DNA of 64,000 bases from Chitinophagales bacterium. GTDB lineage: Bacteria; Bacteroidota; Bacteroidia; Chitinophagales; Saprospiraceae. Below, one piece after another: positions 31,046 to 40,960 of this stretch. The notes under the pieces were generated by a model, which had not been told where the DNA came from, searched no databases, and saw only the letters and a list, made by a program, of their open reading frames with translations. A program made the translations under genes and the position numbers. Within the stretch, counting starts at the first letter, position 1. Each line of letters begins with the position of its first letter. The stretch lies in the NCBI GenBank assembly GCA_026928325.1, contig JAIXKS010000039.1, positions 66,929-130,928 of the forward strand. The letters are read 5' to 3'.

Positions 31046-32006
31046 GAATAAAGTGCTTTTATTAGGAGCTGTTTTAAGTTTAGCAAGCTGTAAAGTTGAA
31101 AAAATCGATCCTGCTTTCTTAGGTAAAATCGAAAGAGATAAAATTTCAGTTACGACAAAAATACCAGGTACGGTCGCAGCATTATATGTCAATGAAGGCG
31201 AATGGGTAAAACAAGGCGATACATTGGGTATTTTGGATATTCCTGAGGTTGAAGCCAAAAGGACACAAGCCCAAGGTGCCGTTAAATCTGCGGAAGCGCA
31301 ATATGCGATGACAGTAAAAGGTGCTACCCAAGCGCAATTGAGCCAGTTACAAAACAAGGTTGATGGGCTGAAAGAACAATATGATTTTGCAAAAAAATCT
31401 AAAGACCGCATGTCAGAGATGCTTCGAGATAGTTTGATAGCACAGCAAAAATATGATGAAGTATTTGCAAAGTATATGGGCGCAAAAAATCAGTATGAGG
31501 CAGCCGTGACCGAACTGAATGATGCTAAAAAAGGCTTGCGCATCGAACAGCAAACCATGGCATTGGGTCAAGAGATTTTAGCCCAAGGCGCATTGTCCGA
31601 AGTTGGTGTCGCAGCTAATTCTAAATACATAATTGCACCACAAGATATGTCAATAGAAACGTCTAATTTGAAAGTGGGCGAATTGGCACTTCCAGGATAT
31701 CCGATATTTAGCGGCTACCTCCAGAATAGTGTATTTTTCCGTTTTACCATAGCTGAAAGTAGAATTGGAGATTTGAAAATAGGCGATCATGTGGATGTCG
31801 GGCTGATGTACAAAAATGGAAGTCCTATCCCAGGTAAGGTCAGTGCTATAAAAGCTTTGAGTGCCTATGCTAATATAGCAACGGCTTATCCTGACTTTGA
31901 AATGCAACAGTCACTTTTTGAAGTTCGAGTGACACCGGAAGACAAAGATAAAGTCAAAGATTTGATAACCAAAGGCAGTGTTTCATTGCAATTTAAAAGC
32001 AAGTAA
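31038..32006 (+). CDS. HlyD-family periplasmic adaptor (membrane fusion) protein
   Basis: 322 aa; lipobox LASC, barrel-sandwich/coiled-coil pattern, between the TolC-like and ABC-2 genes. Confidence 0.8.
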   Translation: MNKNKVLLLGAVLSLASCKVEKIDPAFLGKIERDKISVTTKIPGTVAALYVNEGEWVKQGDTLGILDIPEVEAKRTQAQGAVKSAEAQYAMTVKGATQAQLSQLQNKVDGLKEQYDFAKKSKDRMSEMLRDSLIAQQKYDEVFAKYMGAKNQYEAAVTELNDAKKGLRIEQQTMALGQEILAQGALSEVGVAANSKYIIAPQDMSIETSNLKVGELALPGYPIFSGYLQNSVFFRFTIAESRIGDLKIGDHVDVGLMYKNGSPIPGKVSAIKALSAYANIATAYPDFEMQQSLFEVRVTPEDKDKVKDLITKGSVSLQFKSK

Positions 32007-32008
32007 TC

Positions 32009-33169
32009 GTGAAAAAGTTTTTTGCCTTAATAGGCCGGGAGTTTAAGTTGTTTTGGGATAATAGTGTCTTACGACTATTGTTTATAGGTGCGCCCATCAT
32101 GTATGGTGTGCTGATAGGTGCCGTCTATCAAAAGGGTAAGATTACGGATTTGCCGATAATTGTTGTAGATGAAGACGCTACCCCGATTAGTGCTAAGCTT
32201 ATCGAAATGTTAGAAGATAACGAGACGGTTAGAATCGTAGATGTGCTGCCTTCCATTTTTGGTGTCAAGGATCTTGCCATTGAGAAGGAAGCTACGGTAA
32301 TTGTTGAGATTCCAAAGGATTTTAGCGCTGATATTCAGCAAAATAGAATCCCTGAACTCAAGGTGTTTGTCGATGGTTCTAATACGTTGACATCCAACAC
32401 TGCATTGATGGCCGTCAACCAAGTAACCATGACAATGAAAGCTGGTATGCAGATCGAATCTCAAATGAAAAAGGGTGTGCCTGAATACGTGGCGATGCAG
32501 AGTTTCGAACCCTTTAAGATGACGGTTGTAAAACAAAGTATTCGCAGTGGCAACTACCTTTATTTTATGCTTCCCGGTGTTTTGTTGACCGTGTTTCAAC
32601 AAGTTTTGCTCCTAGGATTGGCATTGACTTTCGCTTCGGAATTTGAAAATGGAACCTTCGGTACATTGACGCAAAAAATGTCAAATCCGATCGGCTTATT
32701 GGTCGTAAAGATGTTTCCTTATATGTTGATGTCGGTCGGCATTATGTTGATGTACTATGGATTTTCCAGATATTATAATATGATTATAGGTGGTGCTTTC
32801 TGGGCATTTTTGCTCAGTACCTTTATATTTATTCTAGCCGTTTGTGGCATCGGTGTGTTAGTTAGCATCATTTTGCCCAATCAATTGAAGGCGACAGAAG
32901 TATTGATGGTGATAGCTACACCGAGTTTCATCTTGAGTGGATTTACATGGCCACATAGTCAAATGCCTATTTGGGTTCAGACCATCGCCGATATGATACC
33001 GTTGACACATTATCTGAAAATATTTAGATTGCTATATTTGAATCACTCGGGCATTTCGCACGTTTTATCTTCAATATGGGCGATGGCAGCGATAGCTGTG
33101 GTTACACTTTTAGCATCTCTTGTGATTTTACATTTCAAAATTAAAAAGGAAAAAAGTAGGGTGCGGTAG
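32009..33169 (+). CDS. ABC-2 type transporter permease
   Basis: 386 aa; N-terminal TM, large periplasmic loop, C-terminal cluster of about five TM helices. Confidence 0.8.
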   Translation: MKKFFALIGREFKLFWDNSVLRLLFIGAPIMYGVLIGAVYQKGKITDLPIIVVDEDATPISAKLIEMLEDNETVRIVDVLPSIFGVKDLAIEKEATVIVEIPKDFSADIQQNRIPELKVFVDGSNTLTSNTALMAVNQVTMTMKAGMQIESQMKKGVPEYVAMQSFEPFKMTVVKQSIRSGNYLYFMLPGVLLTVFQQVLLLGLALTFASEFENGTFGTLTQKMSNPIGLLVVKMFPYMLMSVGIMLMYYGFSRYYNMIIGGAFWAFLLSTFIFILAVCGIGVLVSIILPNQLKATEVLMVIATPSFILSGFTWPHSQMPIWVQTIADMIPLTHYLKIFRLLYLNHSGISHVLSSIWAMAAIAVVTLLASLVILHFKIKKEKSRVR

Positions 33170-33171
33170 CA

Positions 33172-33336
33172 CTAGTGCAACGTTCATAAAAAGACTTAAA
33201 TAATAATGGAAGTAATTTTTTTAAAGATCAAGGCAAAAAACGCAGGCATAGTGGTAACTATGGCGAGTATTTTTAACGATGAGATTTGAAAAAAGAACGA
33301 CATTTCATTAAGATCCTTTTGAGGACAGAGCACTAG
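33172..33336 (+). repeat. MITE-like ~165-bp repeat, copy C
   Basis: Aligns with copy B throughout. Left TIR degenerate (CTAGTGCAACGTTC), right TIR GACAGAGCACTAG. Begins 3 nt after the permease stop codon. Confidence 0.85.
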
Positions 33337-33445
33337 GTTACATATCGATTATTTATATTTTTACGTTAATCAAAAGTAAATTTTAAACAAATACTGTGAT
33401 TAAACCATTACTAAGTTTATTTTTGTGACGACAATGAAGTAATAT

Positions 33446-35476
33446 ATGCAATTTTTATATCCCTATTTTTTATGGGCATTGGCAGCGATAGCTATTCCGA
33501 TTATCATTCATTTGTTCCAATTTCGAAGATTTAAGAAGGTTTTCTTCACGAATGTTCGCTTTTTGAAAGAAATCAAGGATGAGACGACCAATAGAAACAA
33601 ACTTAAAAACTTGTTGATATTACTTAGTCGAATTTTAGCCGTTGTTGCCCTCGTTTTGGCTTTCGCTCAACCCTTTATTCCAAAAGGTGATACGCTTAAA
33701 TCTGGAAAGAATCAAGTTTCTATTTTTGTAGATAACTCTTTTTCTATGACTGCGATGCGCAATGATGTACCTTTATTGGATTATGGAAAAGAGAAGGCTA
33801 GGGCAGTCGTTAAAGCTTATAGTGAAAAGGATCAGTTTCAGATCCTAACGCATGATTTTGAGGGAAGACATCAACGATTTTTATCGCAAGAGGATGCTTT
33901 AAGCTACATTGACGAAATCGTTCCTACACCAAATGTTCAACCTATCGACCGGGTCATCAATCGCCAAAAGCAATTGCTTGATATGGGTTCGGATAATAAA
34001 ATTAGCTACATCATATCTGATTTTCAAAGAACCATAATGCCTGTGGAAGCCCTTCAGGATACATCAATGGAAATCAATTTGCTACCTATTCAGACACATC
34101 AATTGAGCAATGTTTCTATTGATAGCGTATGGTTTGAAGGCCCGATTCCATTTCTGAACCAAAACAATCGCTTGCTCATCAAGACGACCAATAATAGTAA
34201 TCGAAATGCGGAACAAGTTAAAATCTCGTTGAGTAAGGATGGCCAAGAAAAACCGGTAACGGTTCGTGATATTGAGGCAAATACGACGGTTACAGACACG
34301 GTAAATATTTCTATAGCCAATTCTGGTTGGCATCAAGGTGTTGTAAAAGTAACGGATTATCCAGTGACATTTGACGATGAATATTTTATAGCATTTAATG
34401 TCCCGGATACGATAAAAACGCTATTGATCAACGAAGGCGGTATTTCAAAGTATATGGATGCACTGTTTAAAGGCATTCAAAATCTTTCGGTACTCAACCA
34501 GAATGTAAATCAGCTCCAATACCAGCAGTTTCCGGATTATGATCTCATTATATTAAATGATTTGCGGCAAATCAGTTCTGGACTTTCGACCGAATTAGTA
34601 CAATATCTTCGCAATGGAGGCAAGGTGTTGATGTTTCCTGGACAAACTGCGGATATGAATAGTTATAATAGCTTTTTGCAATCTATTCAAGCAGGAAGCC
34701 TTTCGTCACAAAATAATTCGCTTCGAGAGGTTTATACAATCAATACGGAAGAGTTTGTTTTTTCCGATGTTTACATTCGAACTGCCTCCAACCTCAAGCT
34801 GCCTAAAACACAATTTAGCTACGATTTTCTTACTTCGGGAGCTAGTAATATGGAAAAGTTATTATCCTATCGAGATGGCAGCATGTATCTTGGAAAATTC
34901 AAGGTCCAAGATGGTCAATTCTATATGTGTGCTGCACCGCTAGATACAGAAGTCAATGACCTAGTGTATAATGCCGAGGTCTTTGTTCCAATGGTTTATA
35001 AAATAGCCATTTCTACGACCAAGCAGAAATCGTTAGCCTATACCATTACTAATCATATCACCGTCGAAACCGCCAATCTTCGACGTACAGGAGATTATAC
35101 CTATAAGGTAAAGCATGGTGAAGAGGAGTTTATTCCAGGACAGATGCCGGCAGGTAATCATATAATATTGGATTTTAACGATCAAGTTAAAAAATCCGGA
35201 TATTATGATTTACTTTTAGATGACAAATTGGTCAATAAGTTGGCGTTTAATTATGATAGAAAGGAATCAGACATGCGGATTTTTGAAGAGAAGGAACTCA
35301 AAGATATAGAAGCCTCCAATCCCAAGGTCAAAGTCTTGGGAGAAGTGCTTCAGGCGAACATGACAGCGGCGATAACAGAAAAAGATCAGGGCATTGCATT
35401 ATGGAAATGGTTTGTTATCGTTGCTTTATGCTTTCTGCTAGTGGAAACCTTATTGATACGTTTTTTAAAATCATGA
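33446..35476 (+). CDS. BatA-domain (aerotolerance-regulator N-terminal) membrane protein
   Basis: 676 aa; characteristic N-terminus FLYPYFLWALAAIAIPIIIHLF, C-terminal TM anchor. Confidence 0.7.
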   Translation: MQFLYPYFLWALAAIAIPIIIHLFQFRRFKKVFFTNVRFLKEIKDETTNRNKLKNLLILLSRILAVVALVLAFAQPFIPKGDTLKSGKNQVSIFVDNSFSMTAMRNDVPLLDYGKEKARAVVKAYSEKDQFQILTHDFEGRHQRFLSQEDALSYIDEIVPTPNVQPIDRVINRQKQLLDMGSDNKISYIISDFQRTIMPVEALQDTSMEINLLPIQTHQLSNVSIDSVWFEGPIPFLNQNNRLLIKTTNNSNRNAEQVKISLSKDGQEKPVTVRDIEANTTVTDTVNISIANSGWHQGVVKVTDYPVTFDDEYFIAFNVPDTIKTLLINEGGISKYMDALFKGIQNLSVLNQNVNQLQYQQFPDYDLIILNDLRQISSGLSTELVQYLRNGGKVLMFPGQTADMNSYNSFLQSIQAGSLSSQNNSLREVYTINTEEFVFSDVYIRTASNLKLPKTQFSYDFLTSGASNMEKLLSYRDGSMYLGKFKVQDGQFYMCAAPLDTEVNDLVYNAEVFVPMVYKIAISTTKQKSLAYTITNHITVETANLRRTGDYTYKVKHGEEEFIPGQMPAGNHIILDFNDQVKKSGYYDLLLDDKLVNKLAFNYDRKESDMRIFEEKELKDIEASNPKVKVLGEVLQANMTAAITEKDQGIALWKWFVIVALCFLLVETLLIRFLKS

Positions 35477-35480
35477 CCCT

Positions 35481-36752
35481 ATGAACTTGCTCATTAAAGA
35501 AGCCACCATTTTGCTGAAAGACAGTATTTTTCACCAACAAAAAAAGGATATTCATATCGTTGATGGAATTATAACTCAGATTGGTGAAAACCTTAATGAT
35601 GCACAAGCGCAAATAATCTCCGGTAATCAATTGTATTGTACAATTGGCCTTTGTGATATAGGTACGCATAGTGGCGAACCAGGATTTGAACATCGCGAGA
35701 CCATAGATACGCTGACTAGGGCAGCACGGCAAGGTGGATATACATCCCTCGTTGTTTTTCCCAATAATCAACCCATTACCCAAGCTAAAGCGGCGATTCA
35801 GTTTTTTAAAAATCATCCCGACCGCAACGCTGTCGATATTTGGCCCATTGGCGCCTTGAGTCACGACCTTAAAGGTGAAGATATCACGGAGTATTTGGAC
35901 TTGTCGCAAGCGGGAGCTGTTGCTATGAGTGACGGCATGAAGAGCATTCAAGATACTCGTTTGCTCAATCGAGCCATGCAGTACGCCAGTGCTGCAAATA
36001 TTCCTTTAATCTTGCATCCGGATGATCATTTTTTGAGCCACGAAGGACAGATGCACGAAGGCGTCACGAGTACTTCACTCGGGATGAAAGGTGTACCGGA
36101 TATTGCAGAAATTCAGATGATCCAAAGAGATTTGACGGTCCTTGGATACAATGAAGCTTCTATCGTAGAACACGGTATCTCTACTGCAAGAGGATTGGAA
36201 GCTATCCAAGGATTTAAACATGAAAAATCTTGCGTTTTTGCCACTGTGCCATATATGAATTTAGTGCATACGGATGAAGATTTGTCGGACTTTGATTCTA
36301 ACTTAAAGGTTGTACCTGTACTCAGGGAATCTTCGGATAGAAAGGCACTGATCCAAGGCGTAAAATATGACCAAATCGATGCCATCGTCAGCAATCACAC
36401 ACCCTTGGATAAAGAAGCCAAAGATGTCGAATTTCCTTATGCTAAGTCGGGTGCAATTGGTCTGGAGACGTGCCTTCCCATGTTGATAGATACGCTGAAA
36501 GATGCGTTGGAAATTGCTCAGATTGTCGATAAACTCACAATTGGCCCAAGGAAGATTCTAGGTTTACCCATTCCTGAAATAGTAGAAGGCGTAAAGGCCA
36601 ATGTCTGCGTGTTTGATACAGATTCCGCATGGACTTATACGGAAGAAGCCATTGTCTCAACGTCGCACAATACGCCTTATCTCAACCGACGATTCCAAAC
36701 GCGTGTCGTTGCAAGTATCATCAATGATCATTTGTATTTATCTGATTTATAA
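35481..36752 (+). CDS. dihydroorotase-like amidohydrolase (probably non-catalytic)
   Basis: 423 aa; DHOase-like layout, but the canonical DxHxH...EPG..HKE reads DIGTHSGEPGFEHRE (first His pair not conserved). Confidence 0.7.
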   Translation: MNLLIKEATILLKDSIFHQQKKDIHIVDGIITQIGENLNDAQAQIISGNQLYCTIGLCDIGTHSGEPGFEHRETIDTLTRAARQGGYTSLVVFPNNQPITQAKAAIQFFKNHPDRNAVDIWPIGALSHDLKGEDITEYLDLSQAGAVAMSDGMKSIQDTRLLNRAMQYASAANIPLILHPDDHFLSHEGQMHEGVTSTSLGMKGVPDIAEIQMIQRDLTVLGYNEASIVEHGISTARGLEAIQGFKHEKSCVFATVPYMNLVHTDEDLSDFDSNLKVVPVLRESSDRKALIQGVKYDQIDAIVSNHTPLDKEAKDVEFPYAKSGAIGLETCLPMLIDTLKDALEIAQIVDKLTIGPRKILGLPIPEIVEGVKANVCVFDTDSAWTYTEEAIVSTSHNTPYLNRRFQTRVVASIINDHLYLSDL

Positions 36753-36848
36753 ATAAAATTTATAATATAAGCTAAAAGTTTTTCAGTTAAACATATCAGA
36801 ACTTATAATTTTGACGTTTTGTAATTATTACATATTAAAAAATATGCA

Positions 36849-36856
36849 TACCTTTG
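36849..36856 (+). promoter_or_regulatory. Bacteroidota -7 promoter box TAccTTTG
   Basis: TACCTTTG 29 nt upstream of the ATG at 36885. Confidence 0.5.
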
Positions 36857-36884
36857 CATTTGTTCATTTTACAACATAAGATCA

Positions 36885-37163
36885 ATGGCTCAAGACAAGA
36901 TATACACAAGTCGATTAGATGCTTCTAAAGAAGGAGTTTCTACACAATCCGGATTGGTATTCGGTAAGAAAAATTATATGTTTATCATCATTGGAACGGT
37001 ACTTATATTCTTAGGAATGGGATTAATGACTGGTGGGCATATGCCTTCTCCTGAAGTGTGGGATGAGTCTTTGATTTATAGTTTCAGAAGGATTACCTTG
37101 GCACCAATCGTCATCTTGATTGGCCTTGGCGTAAATATCTATGCCATTTTTGTAAAAAAATAA
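36885..37163 (+). CDS. small two-TM membrane protein (DUF3098-like)
   Basis: 92 aa, two hydrophobic helices, conserved position upstream of uppP. Confidence 0.55.
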   Translation: MAQDKIYTSRLDASKEGVSTQSGLVFGKKNYMFIIIGTVLIFLGMGLMTGGHMPSPEVWDESLIYSFRRITLAPIVILIGLGVNIYAIFVKK

Positions 37164-37181
37164 CTTGTTTACTTTCATTGT

Positions 37182-37979
37182 ATGTGGGAAATTTGGATTG
37201 CGGTAATTCTTGGAATTGTCCAAGGACTAACCGAGTTTTTGCCAGTCAGTAGTAGCGGTCACCTTGAATTGGCTAAGTTTATTTTGGGAGATACTTCAGT
37301 AGGAGAGGAAAGCCTCTTGATGACGGTTGTCTTGCATCTTGGAACTGCCTTAGCTACGATTTATGTGTTTCGAACTCAAATCATGGACTTGATTAAGAAG
37401 TTTTTTTCTAAAGGGCCATCTGAAGAAAAATCCTTTGCCTACAAAATTGTGCTTTCCATGATTCCTGCAGTATTTGTCGGCCTCATGTTTGAAAAGGAAT
37501 TAGAAGCGATGTTCACACAAAACATTATGTTAGTTTGTGGTATGTTGATATTAACCGGGATATTATTGTTTGTGGCCGATCGGCCTACGACAGCCGGTAA
37601 GTCAGTCTCTTATGCGGATGCGATAAAAGTTGGGATAGCACAAGCTATTGCGATTATTCCGGGTATTTCTAGGTCCGGAGCTACGATTTCAACTTCAGTT
37701 TTATTGGGTATTGATCGTGCAAAGGCTGCTGAATTCTCTTTTCTCATGGTTGTTCCTTTGATTTTTGGCAAAATGGCCAAAGATATGCTCGACGGTGCGT
37801 TTATTGCAGAAAATGTAAAGTTGGCAGAATTAGGTGTAGGTTTTGTGGCTTCCTTTATTACAGGCGTGGTAGCATGTACTTGGATGTTAAAGATTGTCCG
37901 CAATAGCCAACTTAAATATTTTGCGTATTACTGTATCCTTATAGGAGTTATAGGAATTGCTTATGCCTTCTTTAAATAA
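37182..37979 (+). CDS. uppP: undecaprenyl-diphosphate phosphatase
   Basis: 265 aa; LTEFLPVSSSGHL and PGISRSGATI motifs. Confidence 0.92.
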   Translation: MWEIWIAVILGIVQGLTEFLPVSSSGHLELAKFILGDTSVGEESLLMTVVLHLGTALATIYVFRTQIMDLIKKFFSKGPSEEKSFAYKIVLSMIPAVFVGLMFEKELEAMFTQNIMLVCGMLILTGILLFVADRPTTAGKSVSYADAIKVGIAQAIAIIPGISRSGATISTSVLLGIDRAKAAEFSFLMVVPLIFGKMAKDMLDGAFIAENVKLAELGVGFVASFITGVVACTWMLKIVRNSQLKYFAYYCILIGVIGIAYAFFK

Positions 37980-38715
37980 TAAGATCATTCATAAGCGGTA
38001 TGCCAGCCTATCATGTGACTTCGAGCAAGGCGTGGTATTGCTGATTGATAAACCGCTTGAGTGGACATCTTTTGATGTAGTCAATAAACTGAGATTTAAA
38101 ATTAAACATGGTCTCGGAATCAAAAAAATCAAAGTAGGACACGCCGGTACTTTGGATCCTTTGGCTACGGGTTTACTCATCATTTGCACCGGGAAATTGA
38201 CCAAATCCATTGATGAATTACAAGGACTCCATAAAGAATATTCCGGTACCATCAGGATTGGCGCAACGACACCTACGTATGATGGTGAGGTAGAACCCAC
38301 GGACTTTTTTGCGTTTGACCATGTGGATCAAGTGCTCATCGAGCAAACCCGTCAACAGTTTCTAGGTACTATCGAACAAATCCCACCTATATATTCGGCA
38401 GTGAAAGTAAAAGGTCAATCAGCCTATACATTAGCCCGTCGTGGACAAGATGTCGCTCTAAAACCGAGGACTATCGAAATTTCACGGTTTGATATCTTGG
38501 ATTACACATTGCCCGAATTGCCTTTTATCTGTGGATGTAGTAAAGGAACCTATATCCGTTCTCTAGCACACGATTTTGGGAAAGCCATGAATTCCGGTGC
38601 CTATCTTTCGTCTCTGAGACGTGAGGCTATCGGCGAATACCGAGTAGAAGATGCCATGACGATGGATGAGGCTTTGAACTTTATAGAAGCGATGACTACC
38701 ATTCAACAATCTTAA
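37957..38715 (+). CDS. truB: tRNA pseudouridine(55) synthase
   Basis: 252 aa; GHAGTLDPLATGLL catalytic Asp motif; exact start uncertain. Confidence 0.9.
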   Translation: MLMPSLNNKIIHKRYASLSCDFEQGVVLLIDKPLEWTSFDVVNKLRFKIKHGLGIKKIKVGHAGTLDPLATGLLIICTGKLTKSIDELQGLHKEYSGTIRIGATTPTYDGEVEPTDFFAFDHVDQVLIEQTRQQFLGTIEQIPPIYSAVKVKGQSAYTLARRGQDVALKPRTIEISRFDILDYTLPELPFICGCSKGTYIRSLAHDFGKAMNSGAYLSSLRREAIGEYRVEDAMTMDEALNFIEAMTTIQQS

Positions 38716-38725
38716 ATTCATCATT

Positions 38726-39280
38726 ATGGCTCATTCGCACATAAATGATAAGCCAAGGTTACTAATACTTTCAGATTTGTGGGGTTGGTCTAATGCGCCT
38801 TGGATCGAATTGTATCTACAGGCACTGCATCCATACTTTGATTTTGTGATCTATGATAGCTGTGTTTTAGCTGAGCTGTCGGCTGACCTAGATAGTGAGG
38901 CATTGCGCCATACAGCTTTTATACATGGAGGCATCGAAAGGGCTGTGGATAAACTCTTGTTGGTAGAAAAGTCACCGGTTTGGATGTTGGCTTTTAGTAT
39001 CGGTGGCTATATCGCATGGAAGGCAGCACAACAATCGCTTTCAGGGTCGGGTATCCTCGCTGTAAGTGCTACGAGGCTTCGATTAGAAACAGAACAGGCA
39101 AATTTTCCTATACATTTGATTTATGGCGCCAATGATCCATTCAAACCAGAAATAGATTGGTTTGAAACCATGCAGATAGACTATGAAATCTATTCGGACT
39201 TAGGTCATGATCTTTATACTCTTCCTGAAGTGATACCTTCTATTTGCCAGCAGTTGATAAAGATATACCAATCTTCATAA
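38726..39280 (+). CDS. alpha/beta-hydrolase-like hypothetical protein
   Basis: 184 aa; nucleophile-elbow-like AFSIGG, late GHD. Confidence 0.4.
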   Translation: MAHSHINDKPRLLILSDLWGWSNAPWIELYLQALHPYFDFVIYDSCVLAELSADLDSEALRHTAFIHGGIERAVDKLLLVEKSPVWMLAFSIGGYIAWKAAQQSLSGSGILAVSATRLRLETEQANFPIHLIYGANDPFKPEIDWFETMQIDYEIYSDLGHDLYTLPEVIPSICQQLIKIYQSS

Positions 39281-39287
39281 GCAAGGG

Positions 39288-40913
39288 CTAAAATACCCAT
39301 TTTATGCCACCACGGAGTTGAGTGCCGACATTGGGATAACCATAATACCTTTCGTACTGATTATTGAAGAGATTCATGCCTTTAAGATTTAGATGAAATC
39401 GCTCAAAAAGCGCATAGTCTGCTTCTATACTTAGGTCAAGTAGAAAACCAGAAGATGCCTCAGTGCCTAATTTATCAATATAGTGAACTGCACTGCCTAA
39501 GAAAACATCACCTCTAAAACTCAATTTATCATCCAATAAATGAATGACCGTATAAACATTGGCTTCTAGGGCTGGCGTATGCCATGCTTGCGCTAAAGTA
39601 TCTGTTTTTAAGAAATTTTGTGTTAACCATCCTCCAAATTGAAAGGTATTAGAAAATGTAAAATCTAGGTTGCCACTTATGAAGGTCGTACCCAAATGGT
39701 CATAAACCATATCAAAAACCCTTAAATCTTCTTCATGATTCAAGAGAAACATTTGATTTTTTATATTTTTGTAACCAACCTTTGCCTGATATCCGAGAAA
39801 AGAGAATTTGCCCTTGAGCCCGGCGCTATATTCTTGCCAAACGCTTGTCGTTAATGAGTCTATGCTCGTATTGATATAAGGATTGAATGTTGAAATGTTC
39901 ATGGCAGTATTGGTAAAGTATTGTTGTTGTACTTTTGCAAATATCAAGAGATTTTGCTCGGGTACAAACCAACCTAATTCAGCCTCCGGAAATAGGGAAG
40001 ATCGTCCATCAGAAGTGTAAAGCATCTGAACACCTCCATCTAGCAATAAATTGCTGATTTTGGTTTTGAAGTGTGGCGTAAAATACGCAATGGATAGACT
40101 AGCATCGAGCGAATCCCGATATGATGTATAGTTATAACCTGCATGGGCATAGATCACAGAACTCTTGCCAAATAGTTTTTCACCCATGGCCTCTATACCA
40201 AAGCCATTGTCTCGTGCTTTTTTAGCATCTATGGATAGATTGTGGATATTAAATTTAACATCGTAATTGAAGTTATACTTGGTAGATTCAGGATTAGCTA
40301 TTCCGATGGTTATTTTATTGGCATTGAGTTTTCTGCGTAAATCTTGACTTTCGTACAAGGTATCAATACCCAAGTCTGTATGATAGAGATATCTATTTTG
40401 AAATGAGGTATTGATCTGTCCATACAGTTTTAGATTCTCTTTTAGCAAATAATCACCAAATAAGCCAATCTTGGTTTGGTTGTACTGCTGATAAGGTGTG
40501 TTTTTGCTATTGTCTAAGGATTGATACCCGATTTGGATACCAGCATTGTACCGATCTTTTTGAGCCAGATGATAACCTGCGGATACATCGATGTTGTTCT
40601 TAATGCCATAAGCTGCAAATAGATATCCGTTATTGACGATAAAAGGTGCATCCTGTGGTAGAGCAAGCGGAAGAATCTGTGGTCGAGCTGCCTCTGTTTG
40701 GACAGGAAATTGAGATATCGTGTATTTATAAGATGGCGTAAAGTTGGTGGCTGGTGGCGTAGCAGGCTTCACTTGATGTAGAGACGCATCTTGGATTTTA
40801 GCCTCAAAATCTTTCAATACTTCCACTTGTTTGATGTCCAAATATGCAGTATCGGCTTGACCCATCAATAAGGTCGTCGTAAAAATAATGGCCGGGATTA
40901 ATATATATTTCAT
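39288..40913 (-). CDS. putative outer-membrane porin/beta-barrel protein
   Basis: 541 aa; signal peptide, alternating aromatic/Gly pattern, C-terminal GIKWVF. Confidence 0.55.
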   Translation of the reverse strand: MKYILIPAIIFTTTLLMGQADTAYLDIKQVEVLKDFEAKIQDASLHQVKPATPPATNFTPSYKYTISQFPVQTEAARPQILPLALPQDAPFIVNNGYLFAAYGIKNNIDVSAGYHLAQKDRYNAGIQIGYQSLDNSKNTPYQQYNQTKIGLFGDYLLKENLKLYGQINTSFQNRYLYHTDLGIDTLYESQDLRRKLNANKITIGIANPESTKYNFNYDVKFNIHNLSIDAKKARDNGFGIEAMGEKLFGKSSVIYAHAGYNYTSYRDSLDASLSIAYFTPHFKTKISNLLLDGGVQMLYTSDGRSSLFPEAELGWFVPEQNLLIFAKVQQQYFTNTAMNISTFNPYINTSIDSLTTSVWQEYSAGLKGKFSFLGYQAKVGYKNIKNQMFLLNHEEDLRVFDMVYDHLGTTFISGNLDFTFSNTFQFGGWLTQNFLKTDTLAQAWHTPALEANVYTVIHLLDDKLSFRGDVFLGSAVHYIDKLGTEASSGFLLDLSIEADYALFERFHLNLKGMNLFNNQYERYYGYPNVGTQLRGGIKWVF

Positions 40914-40960
40914 ACGATTAAGTATCTTAATTTTTTTAAATGATGAGTTACAATTATGGT

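Noticed and set aside
31016-32602. 131-aa and 130-aa minus-strand ORFs inside the HlyD and ABC-2 genes
   Set aside because: They are antisense to genes with clear family features, and no independent support exists.
35415-35951. 178-aa minus-strand ORF
   Set aside because: It is entirely antisense to the end of the BatA-like gene and the start of the dihydroorotase-like gene, both of which have clear family motifs.
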